Shown here: piece after piece, positions 13,394 through 25,754 of the stretch
Numbering within the stretch: the stretch's first letter is position 1
How the letters are laid out: every line of letters begins with the position of its first letter
Source of the DNA: Mobula hypostoma
Lineage: Eukaryota
DNA length: 64,000 bases
Assembly (NCBI RefSeq): GCF_963921235.1
Contig: NC_086097.1
Location: 62,994,001 to 63,058,000, forward strand
Direction of reading: 5' to 3'
Made by a program: the position numbers and the translations under genes
Notes under the pieces: model-generated
Database searches by the model: none
What the model was told of the DNA's origin: nothing
Seen by the model: the letters and a program-made list of their open reading frames with translations, nothing else

Positions 13394-13534
13394 GACTCCA
13401 TTCTGAACCTATCAGTGGAGCTGCTAAACTCCACCCCTGACTCCATTCTGAACCTATCAGTGGAGCAGCTAAACTCCACCCCTGACTCCATTCTGAACCT
13501 ATCAGTGGAACAGATAAACTCCACCCCTGACTCC
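13394..13534. repeat. Minisatellite, 45-bp unit x about 3.1
   Basis: Unit GACTCCATTCTGAACCTATCAGTGGAGCTGCTAAACTCCACCCCT starts at 13394, 13439 and 13484, with 1-3 substitutions between copies. Confidence 0.95.
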
Positions 13535-14592
13535 CTGCTGTGCAGTTTCAACAGATTCCAGAACTTCCTACCATAGTGTGTAGAAGCCAAAAATATGCTG
13601 ATCCATGGGCGGTGACTAGACCATGAGGAATTCTTCATAGAACTGCTGGATATTCATTGGCACAGTCCAGTCCAGTGGGAATTCACCAGGATATAATTTC
13701 ACTTATCATTTCAGCTCTGTTCATTTTCATTTCTCATTCACAGGATGTTGCCATTGATGACAGTACCAGCATTTATTATCCATCTTTGACTCCATGGAAC
13801 CAAAAGGTTGTTAAGAGCTGATCGCGTCAGTAGGTTTGAAATCACATAAAGGCCAAATTGTGTAAGGGTGGCAGATTCTCTTCCATGAAGAACCTTGGTA
13901 AACCAGATGGCTTCTTACAACAATCCGGTCATTTCATCGTTACTGATTCTATACTAAAGTTAACTTTGATTATATTAATAATGGATATATGTAATGCATA
14001 ATAAATCAAGACCAGCTGGACTTTCCTGAAGAAATCAAATTAAGTGGTGAGAATAATTAGAAGGTATACAGATAAACAAATGAGGAGAGAGAAGGTTGTC
14101 CTTGCTTGTTTGTTTAAGAAGTCTATAAGTTGATCGGCTTTTGGTTCTGTTCAGTTCTTAACATTGAACCCTCTTGAATACAAAGAAACAAATAGTGGAG
14201 GATATAATCAGGTGATTATATCTCACATTCTTCTTGCACTAGCAACTAATCTGTCTCATTTAATACAAGATATCCACATACCAAGTCTCTTTCAGAAACT
14301 ATTTTCTCAATTTAGCATCTCATTATTTTTGATCAGATATGATTTTTCATTAAATAGCAATATTGACGGTAATTTAACAAACAAAGGAAGAAAGACTTTT
14401 TCTGTAGTACAAGCTGACATTTAGGAGAATGCAAAATTATGGGACCATATTGTTACAAGTGCTGAGATTTAGATATCTTTATTTGGATTTATTTATTAAT
14501 GACATGTACGTCAAAGCATACATTGAAACGCGTTGTCTGTTTTAACAACCAACACAATCTGCAGATATGCTGGCGACAGCTTGCATATCCAC

Positions 14593-15620
14593 AAGACATA
14601 AGATATAGTTGCAGAATTAGGCTATTTGGCTGATCAAGTTGCTCCTACATTTCATCAAGGATGATCCATTTTCCCTCCCAGACCCAATCTCTTACCTTCT
14701 CCACGTATCCCTTTATACCCTGACTAATCAAGAATCTATCACCCTCTGCCATATATATACCTAAATATTCGACTTGTGGCAACAAAATCCATAGATTCAC
14801 CACCTTCTGGCTAAAGCAATTCCTCCTGATCTCCATTCTAAATGGATGACCCTCTATTCTATGTCCTCTGGTACTAGACTCCACCACCATATGAAACATC
14901 CTCTACATGTTTCATCCACCCAATCGAGGCCGTTCAACATTCAAATGGTTTCAATGAGGTCCCTCTTCATAATTCTGAATTCCAGTGAGTACAGGCCCAG
15001 AGACATCAAATGACCCTCATATGACAAATATTCAATCCTGGAATAATTTTGCTGAACCTCTTTTGAACCCTCTCTAATGTCAGCACATCCCTTCTGAGAT
15101 GAGGGGCCCAAAACTGATCACAATACTCCAAGTGAGGCCTCACCAGTGCTTTGCTTTTTATATTCTTGTCCTCTTGAAATGAATGCTAACATCAGATTTG
15201 CCTTCCTCACCACAGTCTCAACCTGCAAAATAACCTGTAGGGAATCCCACACAAGGACTCCCAAGTCCCTTTCTTTTGAATTTTCTCTCCATTTAGATAA
15301 TAGTCTATGCTTTATTTCTTCCACCAAAGTGCATGACTGTACATTTCCCAATACTGTATTCCATCTGCCATTTCTTTGCCTATTCTCCTAATCTGTCTAA
15401 GAGTTTCTGTAGCCTCTCTGCTTCCTTAAAGCTCCCTGCCCCTCAACCTATCTTCATATCTAAGCTACTTGGACACAAAACCAATAATTCCATTATCCAA
15501 ATCATTGACGTATAACATAAAAAGCAGCAGTCCCGAAACAGTTCCCTGTGGAAAGCACAACCAGTCACTGGTAACCAACCAGAAAAGGCCCCCTTTATTC
15601 CCACTCTTTGCCTCTTGCCA
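14593..15620 (-). mobile_element. CR1 LINE, 5'-truncated
   Basis: CAAGACATAAGATATAG tail; peptides [41 protein letters not shown] and LYVNDLDNG. Confidence 0.9.
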
Positions 15621-16977
15621 TTTTGAACTCCAGGGAATACAGCCCAAGAGCTGCCAGACATTCCTCATATTCCTGGCATCATTCTCGTGAATCTTCTCTG
15701 AACCCTCTCCAATGTCAGTATATCCTTTCTAAAATAAGGAGCCCAAAACTGCACACAATACTCCAAGTGTGGTCTCATAAGTGCCTTATAGAGCTTCACA
15801 TCACAACCCTGCTCTTATATTCTATACCTCTAGAAATGAATGCCAACATTGCATTCATCTTCTTCACAACCAACCCAACCTGGAGGTTAACCTTTAGGAT
15901 ATCTTGCACAAGGACTGCTAAGTCTCTTTGCATCTCTGCATTTTGAATTCTCTCCCCATCTAAATAGTAGTCTGCCTGTTTATTTCTTTCATCAAAGTGC
16001 ATGACCATACACCTTCCAAAAATGTATTTCATTTGCCACTTCTTTGCCCATTCCCCTAAACTATCTAAGTCTCTCTGCAGGGTCTCTGTTTCCTAAACAC
16101 TACCTGCTCCTCCACCTCTCTTTGTATCGTCGGCAAATTTATCCACAAATCCCATAGTCCAAATCATGACATACATCATAAAAAGCAGCAGTCCCAACAC
16201 CGACCCCTGTGGAATCCACTGGTAACCAGCCAAAATAGGATCCCTTTATTCCCTCTCTGTTTTCTGCCAATCAGCCAATGCTCCACCCATGCTAGTAACT
16301 CCCCTGTAATTCCATGGGCTCTTATCTTGCTAAACAGTCTCATGTGTGGCACCTTGTCAAAGCCCTTCTGAAATTCCAAGTACAGCACACCTACTGCATC
16401 TCCTTTGTCTACCCTGCTTATAATTTCCTCAAAAAGTTGCAGTAGGTTAGTCAGGTATGGTTTCCTTTCAGGAAGCCATGCTAGCTTTGGCCTATCTTAT
16501 CATGTGCCTCCAGGTATTCCGTAATCTCATACCTAACAACCAATTCCAACAACTTCCCAAACACTGATGTCGGGCTAACAGGTTTATAGTTTCCTTTCTG
16601 CTGCCTCCCACCCTTCTTAAATAGTGGAGTAACAATTTCAATTTTACAGTCATCCGGTACAATGCCAGAATCTATCGATTCTCGAAAGATCATTGTTGAT
16701 GCCTCTGCAATCTCTCCAGCTACTTCCTTCAGAACCTGAGGGTGCATTCCATCAGGTCCAGAGGATTTATCCACACTGAGACCATTACTTCCTGAGCACT
16801 TTCTCAGTCATAATTTTCACTGCACATACTTCATTTCCCTGACACTCTTGAATGTCCGGTATACTGCAGATGTCTTCCACTGTGAAGACTGATGTAAAAT
16901 ACACATTCAGTTCCTCTGCCATCTCTGTGTATCTCATTACAATATCTTCAGCCTCATTTTCTACTGGTCCTATATCT

Positions 16978-17239
16978 GTATATGTCCTATATATGTGTTG
17001 GGCACGTGGCCAAGTGGTTAAGGCATTCGTCTAGTTATCTCAAAGTCGCTAGTTCGAGCCTCAGCTGTGGCGGCGTGTTTGTGCCCTTGAGCAAGGCACT
17101 TAATCACACATTGCTCTAGTCTGTGCGTGGAATGGCACCCCTCACAGACTTCCAATCTGCGCCTTGTAAGGCATGAAAATGCCCGATGCAGGCCTCTCAT
17201 GGTCTGAGTTGACATTCCCTCCCTCCCCTCCTCCCCTCC
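16978..17239 (+). mobile_element. tRNA-derived SINE with Pol III A/B boxes
   Basis: A box TGGCCAAGTGG at 17007, B box GTTCGAGCC at 17052, core-like GTGCCCTTGAGCAAGGCACTTAA, (CCCT)n tail, and 9-bp TSD CCTATATCT at 16969-16977 and 17240-17248. Confidence 0.88.
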
Positions 17240-18299
17240 CCTATATCTACCCTCAACTCTCTTTTACACTTAATATATTTAAAAAAGCTTTTAGTATCTT
17301 CCTTGATATTAGTCGCCAGCTTCTTTTCATAATTCATCTTTTCCTTCCTAATCACCTTCTTAGTTTCCTTTTGCAATTTTTTAAAAGCTTCCCAATCCTC
17401 TATCTTCCCACTAGCTTTGGCTTCCTTGTATGCCCTCTCTTTTGCTTTTACTTTGCCTCTGACTTCACTTCGCAGCCACAGTAGTGTCCTTCTGCCACTC
17501 AAAAATTTCTTCTTATATGGAATAGATCTGTCTTGCACTTCCCTCGTTTTTCACAGAAACTCCAGCCATTGCTGCTCTGCTGTCCTTCCTGCTAGTGTTC
17601 CTTTCCAGTCAACCTTGGCCAGTTCACCTCTCATGCCATTGTAATTTCCTTTATTCCACTGAAATACCGACACATTGGAATTTAATTTCTCCTTCTCAAA
17701 TTTCAAAGTGGACTCGATCATATTGTGATCACTCTTCCCTAAGGGTTCCTTAATGTTAAGCTCTCTTATCACCTCTAGATCATTGCACAACACCTAAAAA
17801 GCCATCCCTTAGACATTCTACAAATTCTTTCTCTTGGGGTCCAATACTGACCTGGTTTTCCCAATTCATTTTCATGTTAAAATCCCCAAGGATTACCATG
17901 ACATTGCCCTTCTGACACGCCTTTTCTATCTCCTGCTGTAATTTGTAATCCACATCCTGTCTGCTGTTTGGAGGCCTGCATACAACTGTCATTAGGGTCC
18001 TTTTACCCTTGCCATTTCTTAACTCAACCCATAGAGACTCTACACCTTTTGATCCTATGTCATTCCTTTCTTGTGATTTAATATTATTTCTTATACACGG
18101 AGTCACACCACCCCCTCTGCCTACTAATCTATCTTTCCAATACACTGTATATCCATGGACTTTCAACTCCCAATGGCAGCCATCCTTTAGCCAAGTTTCA
18201 GAGTTGGCCACAACGTCATAGTTGCCAATCTGTAGCTGAATTTCAAGATCATCCATTTTATTTCTCATGCTGCGTAAACTGAAATACAACACTTCCAGT

Positions 18300-18780
18300 C
18301 TCTAACCTGATGGCATGAACATTGACTTCTCAAACTTCCGCAAATGCCCCACCTCCCCCTTGTACCCCATCCGTTATTTATTCATATACACACATTCTTT
18401 TTCTCTCTCTCCTTTTTCTCCCTCTGCCCCTCTCACTATACCCCTTGCCTATCCTCTGGGCTTTCCCCCCCCTCCCCCTTTTCTTTCTCCCTGGGCCTCC
18501 TGTCCCATGATCCCCTCATATCCCATTTGCCAATCATCGGTCCAGCTCTTGGCTCCATCCCTCCCCCTCCTGTCTTCTTCTATCATTTTGGATCTCCCCC
18601 TCTCCCTCCCACTTTCAAATCTCTTACTAGCTCTTCCTTCAGTTAGTCCTGACGAAGGGTCTCGGCCCGAAACATCGACTGTACCTCTTCCTAGAGATGC
18701 TGCCTGGCCTGCTGCGTTCACCAGCAACTTTTATGTGTGTTGCTTGAAATTCCAGCATCTGCAGATTTCCTCGTGTTTGC
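18300..18780 (+). mobile_element. Penelope-like element 3' end plus terminal repeat, inserted between CR1 ORF1 and ORF2
   Basis: ORF C-terminus PDGMNIDFSNFR, a pyrimidine-rich tract and a hammerhead motif. Highly similar to copies at 28309-28597 and 55417-55790. Confidence 0.85.
18645..18680 (+). ncRNA. Minimal type-I hammerhead ribozyme motif
   Basis: AGUC-CUGACGA-A-GGGUCUCGGCCC-GAAA-C-AUC-GACU. Helix I (AGUC/GACU), both core boxes and helix II are present. Helix III reads ACAU rather than the palindromic ACGU. Confidence 0.75.
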
Positions 18781-18965
18781 AGTATTTGTTGCTTTCTGTT
18801 TTAACTGCACCACACCTCAATTGCTCTGTAACACATCCCACTGGCTGCGACTATGCCTCATCTCCTGCCTGTCCTTTCTATCATCTCTGTTGCAAGCTAT
18901 CTTTGATTCATTTCTGTTTTCCCCTTCTTTAGTCCTATCACTCCAGTTCCCATCCCCCTGCCAAA

Positions 18966-19556
18966 TTAGTTTAAACCCTCACTAACAGCTCTATTAAACC
19001 TGCCTGCTAGGATGTTGGACCCCTTTGGGTTCAGGTGTAACCCGTCCTTTTTGTACTTCCCCCAGAAGAGGTCCCAGCGATCCAGGAACCTGAAGCCCTG
19101 CCCCCTATGCCAGTCTCTCAGCCACACATTAATATGCCTGATCATGTAATTCTTATTACCATTAGCACATGGCACAGGCAGCAATCCCAAGGTTACTACT
19201 CTGGAGGTTCTGCTTTTTGGCTTCCTACCCAACTCCCTGAATTCTCTCTTCAGGACCTCCTCTCTTTTTCTACCTTTGTCATTGGTACCAACGTGTACCA
19301 AGACTTCTGGCTGTTCACCTTCTCCCTTCAGAATACTCTGTACCCAATCTGAGACATCCCGTACCCTGGCACCTGGGAGGCAACACACCATGTGGGTATC
19401 TCTATCAGGCTGACAGAACCTCTTGTCTGTTCCCCTCACTATGGAATTCCCTATGACTACCAGATTCCTCATCTTCTTCTCTCCCTTCTGCACCACAGAA
19501 CCAGGCTCGGTGCCAGAGGCCCAATCGCCATGGTTGTCCTCTGTCATCACCCTCAA
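18966..19556 (-). pseudogene. CR1 ORF1p SGNH/GDSL esterase domain
   Basis: Blocks VVIGNSIVRG (GDS changed to GNS), CLPGARV, VHVGTND and DGLHLN match the SGNH hydrolase fold known in CR1 ORF1. Confidence 0.9.
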
Positions 19557-19904
19557 CAGAATCCAAAATAAGATAACGATTACTGAGGGGGATTGTCACA
19601 GGGGTGGTCTCTACTTTCTGAGCTCTTCCCATCCCTTCCCTGACTGTCACCCACTTGTCTAACTCCTGAAGCCTCAGGGTGACTAACTTCTTATCTATCT
19701 CCTACTCACTTTCCCTAATAAGCTGTAGGTCATCGAGCCACAGCTCCAGATCCCTAACACAGACTCTCAGGAGCTATGTCTTGGTGCACCTTGCTCAGAT
19801 GTTGCCACCTGGAAGACTGGAAGATGCCCAGGATTCCCACACCCAGAGCAAAGTACTAACCCTACAGACATTTCTCTAAAACAAAATGGAAAGAAAAAAA
19901 ATTC

Positions 19905-20146
19905 TGTTGTCCCATCTATCCTGCTTGTTATTTCTTCAATGAATTCCAACAGATTTGTTCGGCAAGATTTTCCCTTAAGGAAACCATGCTGACCTCAGCC
20001 TATTTTAGCATGTACCCTGAATCCACATCCTTAACAATCGACTCCAATATCTTCCCAACCACTGAGGTCAGACTAACTGGCCTATAATTACCTTTCCTCT
20101 GTCTCTTCCTTCTTGAAGAGTGGAGTGACATTTGCAATTTTCCAGT
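19905..20146 (-). mobile_element. CR1 RT fragment
   Basis: Peptides GNYRPVSLTSVVGKILESIVKD and EFIEEITSRID. Confidence 0.85.
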
Positions 20147-20984
20147 GTCACGACATACTCTAGCACCAACATAGAATTCACAGAATGTCCAGCAGAACAA
20201 CACACAACCAACATACAATAATCGACAATAACAAATCAAACACTTTTCATACACGTACACATACCTCCCCCACACACATGCATACAGGCCTCTAACCCAA
20301 AGGCAGGACACCTCTGGGCCTCCAACCTCCAGATAGAGGCACTGGAATCACAAATATCAGACCTCTGACCTGAAGTCTCACCGACCCCAGGTCTTCAGGC
20401 TCCAGACGCACCAACCTCTGGGTTTCAACCCCAGAACCTGCCGATCACCAATCTCAGACCTCCAGTCCCAGGACTCGCTGTCATCAGACCTCCAAACCCA
20501 GGACTCTATATTTCCAGGGTGTCCTCCATATTTTCTATACAGATTAGATTGTTTTTAATTGGCTCTAAATTTATTACGCATCCTTAAAATGGCACTTTAA
20601 TTTTAGGTCATCTGTTCATGCAGGAATACTTAGATTTTATAGCTATTCCTCTGTGAGAATTTGCCTTTCTTATTCTCTAGTCTTCCAATTGAATATTTAT
20701 CAGTCATGTTTTCATTTTATTTAAGCTATTTCACTCATTATTTTGCTCAAATAAAGCTTTGACTGATCTTCCTCCCTTACATCTTTAATATTAAACCTAA
20801 CTCTGTGATTATCACGACTTTGTAGATGTTCCCATATGCTTACATTAGCCAATTACCCTACCTCATTTCCTAGAGTTCTTCTTCTTCTTCTTCTGACTTT
20901 TAATGGTAGTTGGCAGTCCAACTTAAAGGTGCATTACCACTTCTAACTAACTGGAGTATGCTGTAGAGAAAAGGGAAATACATG

Positions 20985-21115
20985 GAACATAGAAAATCTA
21001 CAGCACATTACAGGTCCTTCGGCTCACAATGTTGTGCCAGCCATGTAACCTACTTGAGAAGCTGCCTAGAATTTCCCTGCTGCATAACCCTCTATTTTTC
21101 TAAGCTCCATGTACC
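20985..21115 (-). mobile_element. CR1 3' tail inserted in the Nimb 3' UTR
   Basis: GAACATAGAAAATCTACAGCAC tail, matching the tails at 5712 and 33705. Confidence 0.8.
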
Positions 21116-21542
21116 AAATAAATTCCTTAATACTTCTCTTTTCAAATGAAAGCTAAATTACCCAAAAAAGCCCTATAAAATTGTAAATAATAGAAGATGA
21201 TAACTGTGGATTAAATTAAAGTCACTCCCATAACTTAAAGTTTTTAAATGAAAACTATCAACCTGCAAAGATTGTAATGAAGCCTGCATTTGTTTTTTTT
21301 TCAACCTTATATGCTTCACACTGCAATAGTGTATGTTCAACTGTTTCATAAGGATGACAAACCTAGACAACACAGAATGATATTTCCCATCAAGGTAAAA
21401 GGAATAATTAAGCCTAGTATGCCCAATTCTAAGTTGTGTCAAAACAATTCTTTTCCTTCTTGTTTTACTCTTTTCTCCCATAAAACCAACTGTTTTATAT
21501 ATTCGGTGGGAATATCATACATAATCGTCTTATTTCCTCAAG

Positions 21543-21890
21543 GTCTGAAATAGTATTTGCACGGTTAATCAAAGCTCTACGTTGGGAGGCGTGATGGTGG
21601 CAGTTATTGTTGAGGTATAAGGCTGAGAGAGTGGGTTTCCAATAGACACCGTGTCTGAGGCTACTGTCCTGTTTCCGTCATATTGGCATGTCCAGGAACA
21701 GAAGGCAACCATTCTTCTCCATCTCCATTATAAGTTGGCATTAATTGACTAGACATACCCAGGCATCATTCCTGATCAAGATGGCAGAGTCTGTCATCAA
21801 AATGCCAGTTAAAATCCATACTTGTACCCAGCTGGAAGCCCAAGAAGAGTTTATTTGACATATATGCCAGGGAAGCACTAGCACTAGATC
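21543..21890. mobile_element. Second Penelope family (Poseidon-like): inverted RT fragment plus terminal repeat
   Basis: Minus strand 21543-21732 translates MEMEKNGCLLFLDM..VYWKPTLSALYLNNNCHHHASQRR, a Penelope RT thumb. Plus strand 21772-21805 is a degenerate hammerhead with the 8-bp helix GAUGGCAG/CUGUCAUC. Confidence 0.78.
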
Positions 21891-24039
21891 CTGTTTTATG
21901 TAAGCCCATACCTTTTATATAAGCTTTCATCTGTAAATCTGACCTTCTGCTAGAATGACCTGTATTAAGACTCATCAAAATTAAAAAGGATTCTGAACAA
22001 ATTACAACTTTACAAGGACAATTTTCCTCCACCCCTGTAAGCCTAAGATGATGGCAATCATGCTGTACACACTGATAAATGGCTAGGAAGTCATTTCTTC
22101 ATCATTACCAGTAAATCAGGCACAAAAACGGCCACATCAATATTCTCAGTTAAATTGCCTTTTGATCCATCTGTAAAAATAGTTAACATATCATAATAAT
22201 TTTCCTTAATATATTGATAAACCAACAGATTCTCAGGCATAACAGAATTCTTGGTCTTTATTAACTCATACAACCTAAAATCAACTCAACTCATTGGAAA
22301 AAAACCAAGGTGGGGTTACCGAGAAAGCTATAGTAAGACATATTGTATAATCCAACAAACTCATACTCCTAGCATGATGAGAACTCAGCCACCGAAAACT
22401 AAAAACACTCTTCTTGGAATGTTTCCAACAATCTTCCAACATACTTTTATCAGGGTGATCATTTCTCTGCCCCCTCAAGTTAATTCAGTCTGTCAATATC
22501 AACTTCAACCTCCTCAACTGTGAGGGTAATTGTCCCATTTCAACCAGTAAAGCCGAAACAGGGTACGACCTTACCGCACCACAACGAGATCTTAAAGCCT
22601 GTGCTTGTATCACATCCAAACATTATGAAGCTGATTCATAAGCCTCACAGCCATAATCAAGCAGTGATCTAATTAAACAATATAAATGGTCAACAGATAT
22701 TTTCATGGAGCACCCCAAGAATACCCACATAGACACCCGAGAATATTTAATGCACCTTTACATTTATCAATTATTTTACTGATATGGTGCTTCCATGTCA
22801 GCTTATTATCCATCCACCTGCCTAGAAATCTTACCACTGGCACCTCATCAAGAGTTTGACCATTTAATTTCAAATCAAGTGCAGTTCTATTAATCCTCTT
22901 TGTAAAACACATAACGTGTTTCAGCTGCTGAAAGCTTAAAACCCATCTATTCAACCTTATTAATCGCTACTTGCATCCTATATACAGTAAAATTAAAATT
23001 TCCACTTCTAATCTATAAAGCACCATCATCTGCATATAGTGATTTACCCACCCCAGTACCTATCTCAGAGAAAATATCATTAATCATAATATTAAATAAT
23101 AAAGGACTGCAAACACTGCCTTGGGGTCCCATTCTCTATCTCATAGAAACACAAACATATCTTACCCACCCTTAACTGCATAGACTATCCAAATAGAAAA
23201 CTCAGAAAAAATTATACAATCTCCCCCTCACTCCTAATTTTCTTAGTTTAATCAAAAGTCCTTCCATCCATAACAGATCACATGCCTTTTCAATAACAAA
23301 ATACTGTTATTACAACTTCTTTATTTACCTGTCCTTTCCCAATATCATCTTCCAAACATAAAACTGAATCCAAAGTCATTCGACCCTTCTGAAACCTACT
23401 CTGATAAAGCACTATATTGCCTCTCATTCCAAAATATAATTCAAATGCTCTATTACCATACATTCCATAGCTTACTTAAATGAGATGTTAACAATATAGG
23501 CCTATAACTAGAAGAATCCGGCAGGGGTTTCCCAGGTTTTAAAATAAGCACTAACTGCCATTTTCCATGAGGATTTCCTGGAGTTAGATACAGTGATGTG
23601 TGTTCAAGCTCAAAGTATCTTTGGAATGATTGAAGAAACTTTTCCTCATTTCATCTGCTACTGTCTAAGAGGGCTGCGGAGTACAATTTTCTCAAGGGCA
23701 ATTAGGAATGGGTAATATATCAAGGTCTGCTCGCAATCCTCACATCCTATAGATGAACAGAAAATTGACACTTAACACTATTATTTCTGAATAATTAAAA
23801 ACACCTGGCTTTATAATTTCTTGATCTTGTATTTGTCTGGGAATTCATTACATCCCTCTTGTTGTAACCAATGTCTAGCATTTGAAGAAATCATTTGTAA
23901 TAATCTCTCAAGTTAGTTTCTGTTCTTTTCTATTACATAATATTAGTAAAATAAGTTGGCTAGATTAGCTTTGGCGATCTCTCTAACTATGGCAGTTTAA
24001 AAGATTTAATGGTATCTTTGATTGACATAAACACCACTC

Positions 24040-24600
24040 CGTCGTATTTACAATGTCCAGGAATTGAAAAGTCTACAGAAAATGATGGATACAGTCCAAT
24101 CTATTACAGGCAAAGCCCTCACCACCATTACTCATATTTACAATGTGCACTGCCACAAGAGAGCAGCATCAATCATCAAGGACTCCCATCATTCAGTCCA
24201 TGCTCTCCTCTCAATACCACTATCGGGAAGGAAGTATGGGAGCCTTAAATCCCATGACACCAGATTCAGGTTCAGTTGTTACCCTATAAATATCAGCCTC
24301 CTGAACCAGTGAGGATAATTGTACTCACATCAACTCTGAACAGATTCCACAACCTATAGATTGATGGTTAAGGACTCCATAACTCATGTTCTCAGTATGA
24401 TTTATTTACGTGTTTTTATTTGCATAATTTGACTTCTTTTGGACATTGGTTGTTTGTTAGTCTCTGTTTATGTATACTTTTTTATAAATTCTATTGTGTT
24501 TCTTCATTTACCTGTAAATGTCTGCAAGAAAATGAGTCTCAAGATAATATGTAGTGACAGATACGTACTTCTGATAATAAATTTATTTTGACATGACTTT
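24040..24600 (+). mobile_element. Rex1/Babar-type LINE 3' end
   Basis: ORF 24064..24312 reads SLQKMMDTVQSITG..RAASIIKDSHH..LSGRKY..RFRFSCYP; AATAAA near 24576. Confidence 0.8.
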
Positions 24601-25754
24601 TACTTTTCCTACTCTATCATCCTTGAATGTTTCATAACTAAATCTGTTTAATCTTCGCCCATTTTCTGAGTTAAAATGTGTTTAAATTAGGGCTAGTATA
24701 TTTCAACCCCTCCCATTATGAATTATGCTGCTAGCACACCAATTCCCTTTGTAGCTCTACTGTACTGTGTGTGTTTTATCATACTGCTAACACAATTCCT
24801 CCCTTCCTAGGTGTTTGGGCAAATAATGCTATTTCATTCTGTCTTCCTGTTCTTTTATTTTATGATCTTTCATACATTCCTCAAACACTTTGGTCCTATT
24901 TTCATTTCTTTTTTCATAGTCATATCCTTGAAATCAAACCCCATTGTAAAACCTATCTCAGAAAGAACATTGATCCTAGCCACATTGAAGTTAAAGTCAT
25001 TCATTCACAAAACAAGTCCTGGTCACCCACGAATCTTATCTTCCTAAGGCATCTCATCAGTAACTTATTCTTTTCCCTTATTCATCGTGCCTTCATGAAT
25101 TGCAAATGATTGAAATAATTGCACTGTTGCTATCTTGGAGTTCCTGCTGTTTAATATAGTTTTCTAACTAATTTCATCTTGCATGACCCTATTTTTGTTT
25201 CTTCCTATTTCATTAGTTCTTCACACAATTACCAAAACTGAAATGAGTGAAGCTTCTCATGAAGTGGACATTAATTGTGTTATTATTGTGCTAAAATTAA
25301 AAATAAGTAATTAAAAATCAATAAGGCAGCAACATTAATTTATGTTCCTGCTTTAGTTATACTGTAAATGTCATGATTTAATGAGGCAAGGTGCAGTTAA
25401 TTTGCAGTTAACCATCAACCCACACCCACAACCCCAACCCTAATAGGAACTTCTGAAGAAATAATTATCTTTGTGTGGCTGAGAAATAAGGAATTTATAG
25501 TTAAAAAATTGAATACTTTACTGTTTAGATATTAAAAGCAGGGTTACTTCCCAGATACACAGGTACCAAATTTTCTCAGTTTTCCGACATTATTGGATGG
25601 TTAGCAGGTCTACAGATAGTCAAAATCTAGGAGGTTTGTAACTCAACTCATTTTGAAAAAGGAAAACATTTTTCACATCTGTAATTATAAAGGGACGTCC
25701 AAAGGGCCTATTCCATTTATAAAAAAAACTGGAGTAAAATAATTTGTTCTTCTA

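Larger units (their letters stand above)
15622..19880 (-). mobile_element. Long CR1 LINE (ORF1 esterase plus ORF2 APE endonuclease/RT), decayed and interrupted by a SINE and a Penelope fragment
   Basis: ORF1 18966..19556; endonuclease 17780..18292 (SETWL, RGGGV, RPPNS, ILGDFN); RT pieces KSSGPDGMHPQVLKE, FQKGFDKVPH and QRDLAVLV. Confidence 0.93.
20877..23580 (-). mobile_element. Nimb/I-group LINE with RT and RNase H, 5'-truncated and decayed
   Basis: RT (SLYADDG near 23030; VRFLGRWMDNKLTWKHHI..LCGYSWGA), RNase H (IFTDGSK; KVVICSES) and C-terminal LTQLRIGHTRLN. The 3' end GTGGTAATGCACC..TTGGACTGCCAAC..(GAA)n is typical of Nimb elements. Confidence 0.85.

Noticed and set aside
13394..13534. 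CRISPR-like array
   Set aside because: The units are contiguous with no unique spacers, there are no cas genes, and the context is eukaryotic.
17000..17072. tRNA gene
   Set aside because: A and B boxes are present, but the sequence continues into a SINE body and tail bounded by a TSD, and I see no convincing acceptor stem.
18315..18932. 205-aa ORF as a host gene
   Set aside because: It reads through the pyrimidine-rich Penelope repeat and the CR1 inter-ORF region; similar text recurs at 28.3 and 55.5 kb.
18966..19556. Domesticated esterase gene
   Set aside because: It sits in the normal ORF1 position of a decayed CR1, its N-terminus is frameshifted, and the GDS motif reads GNS.
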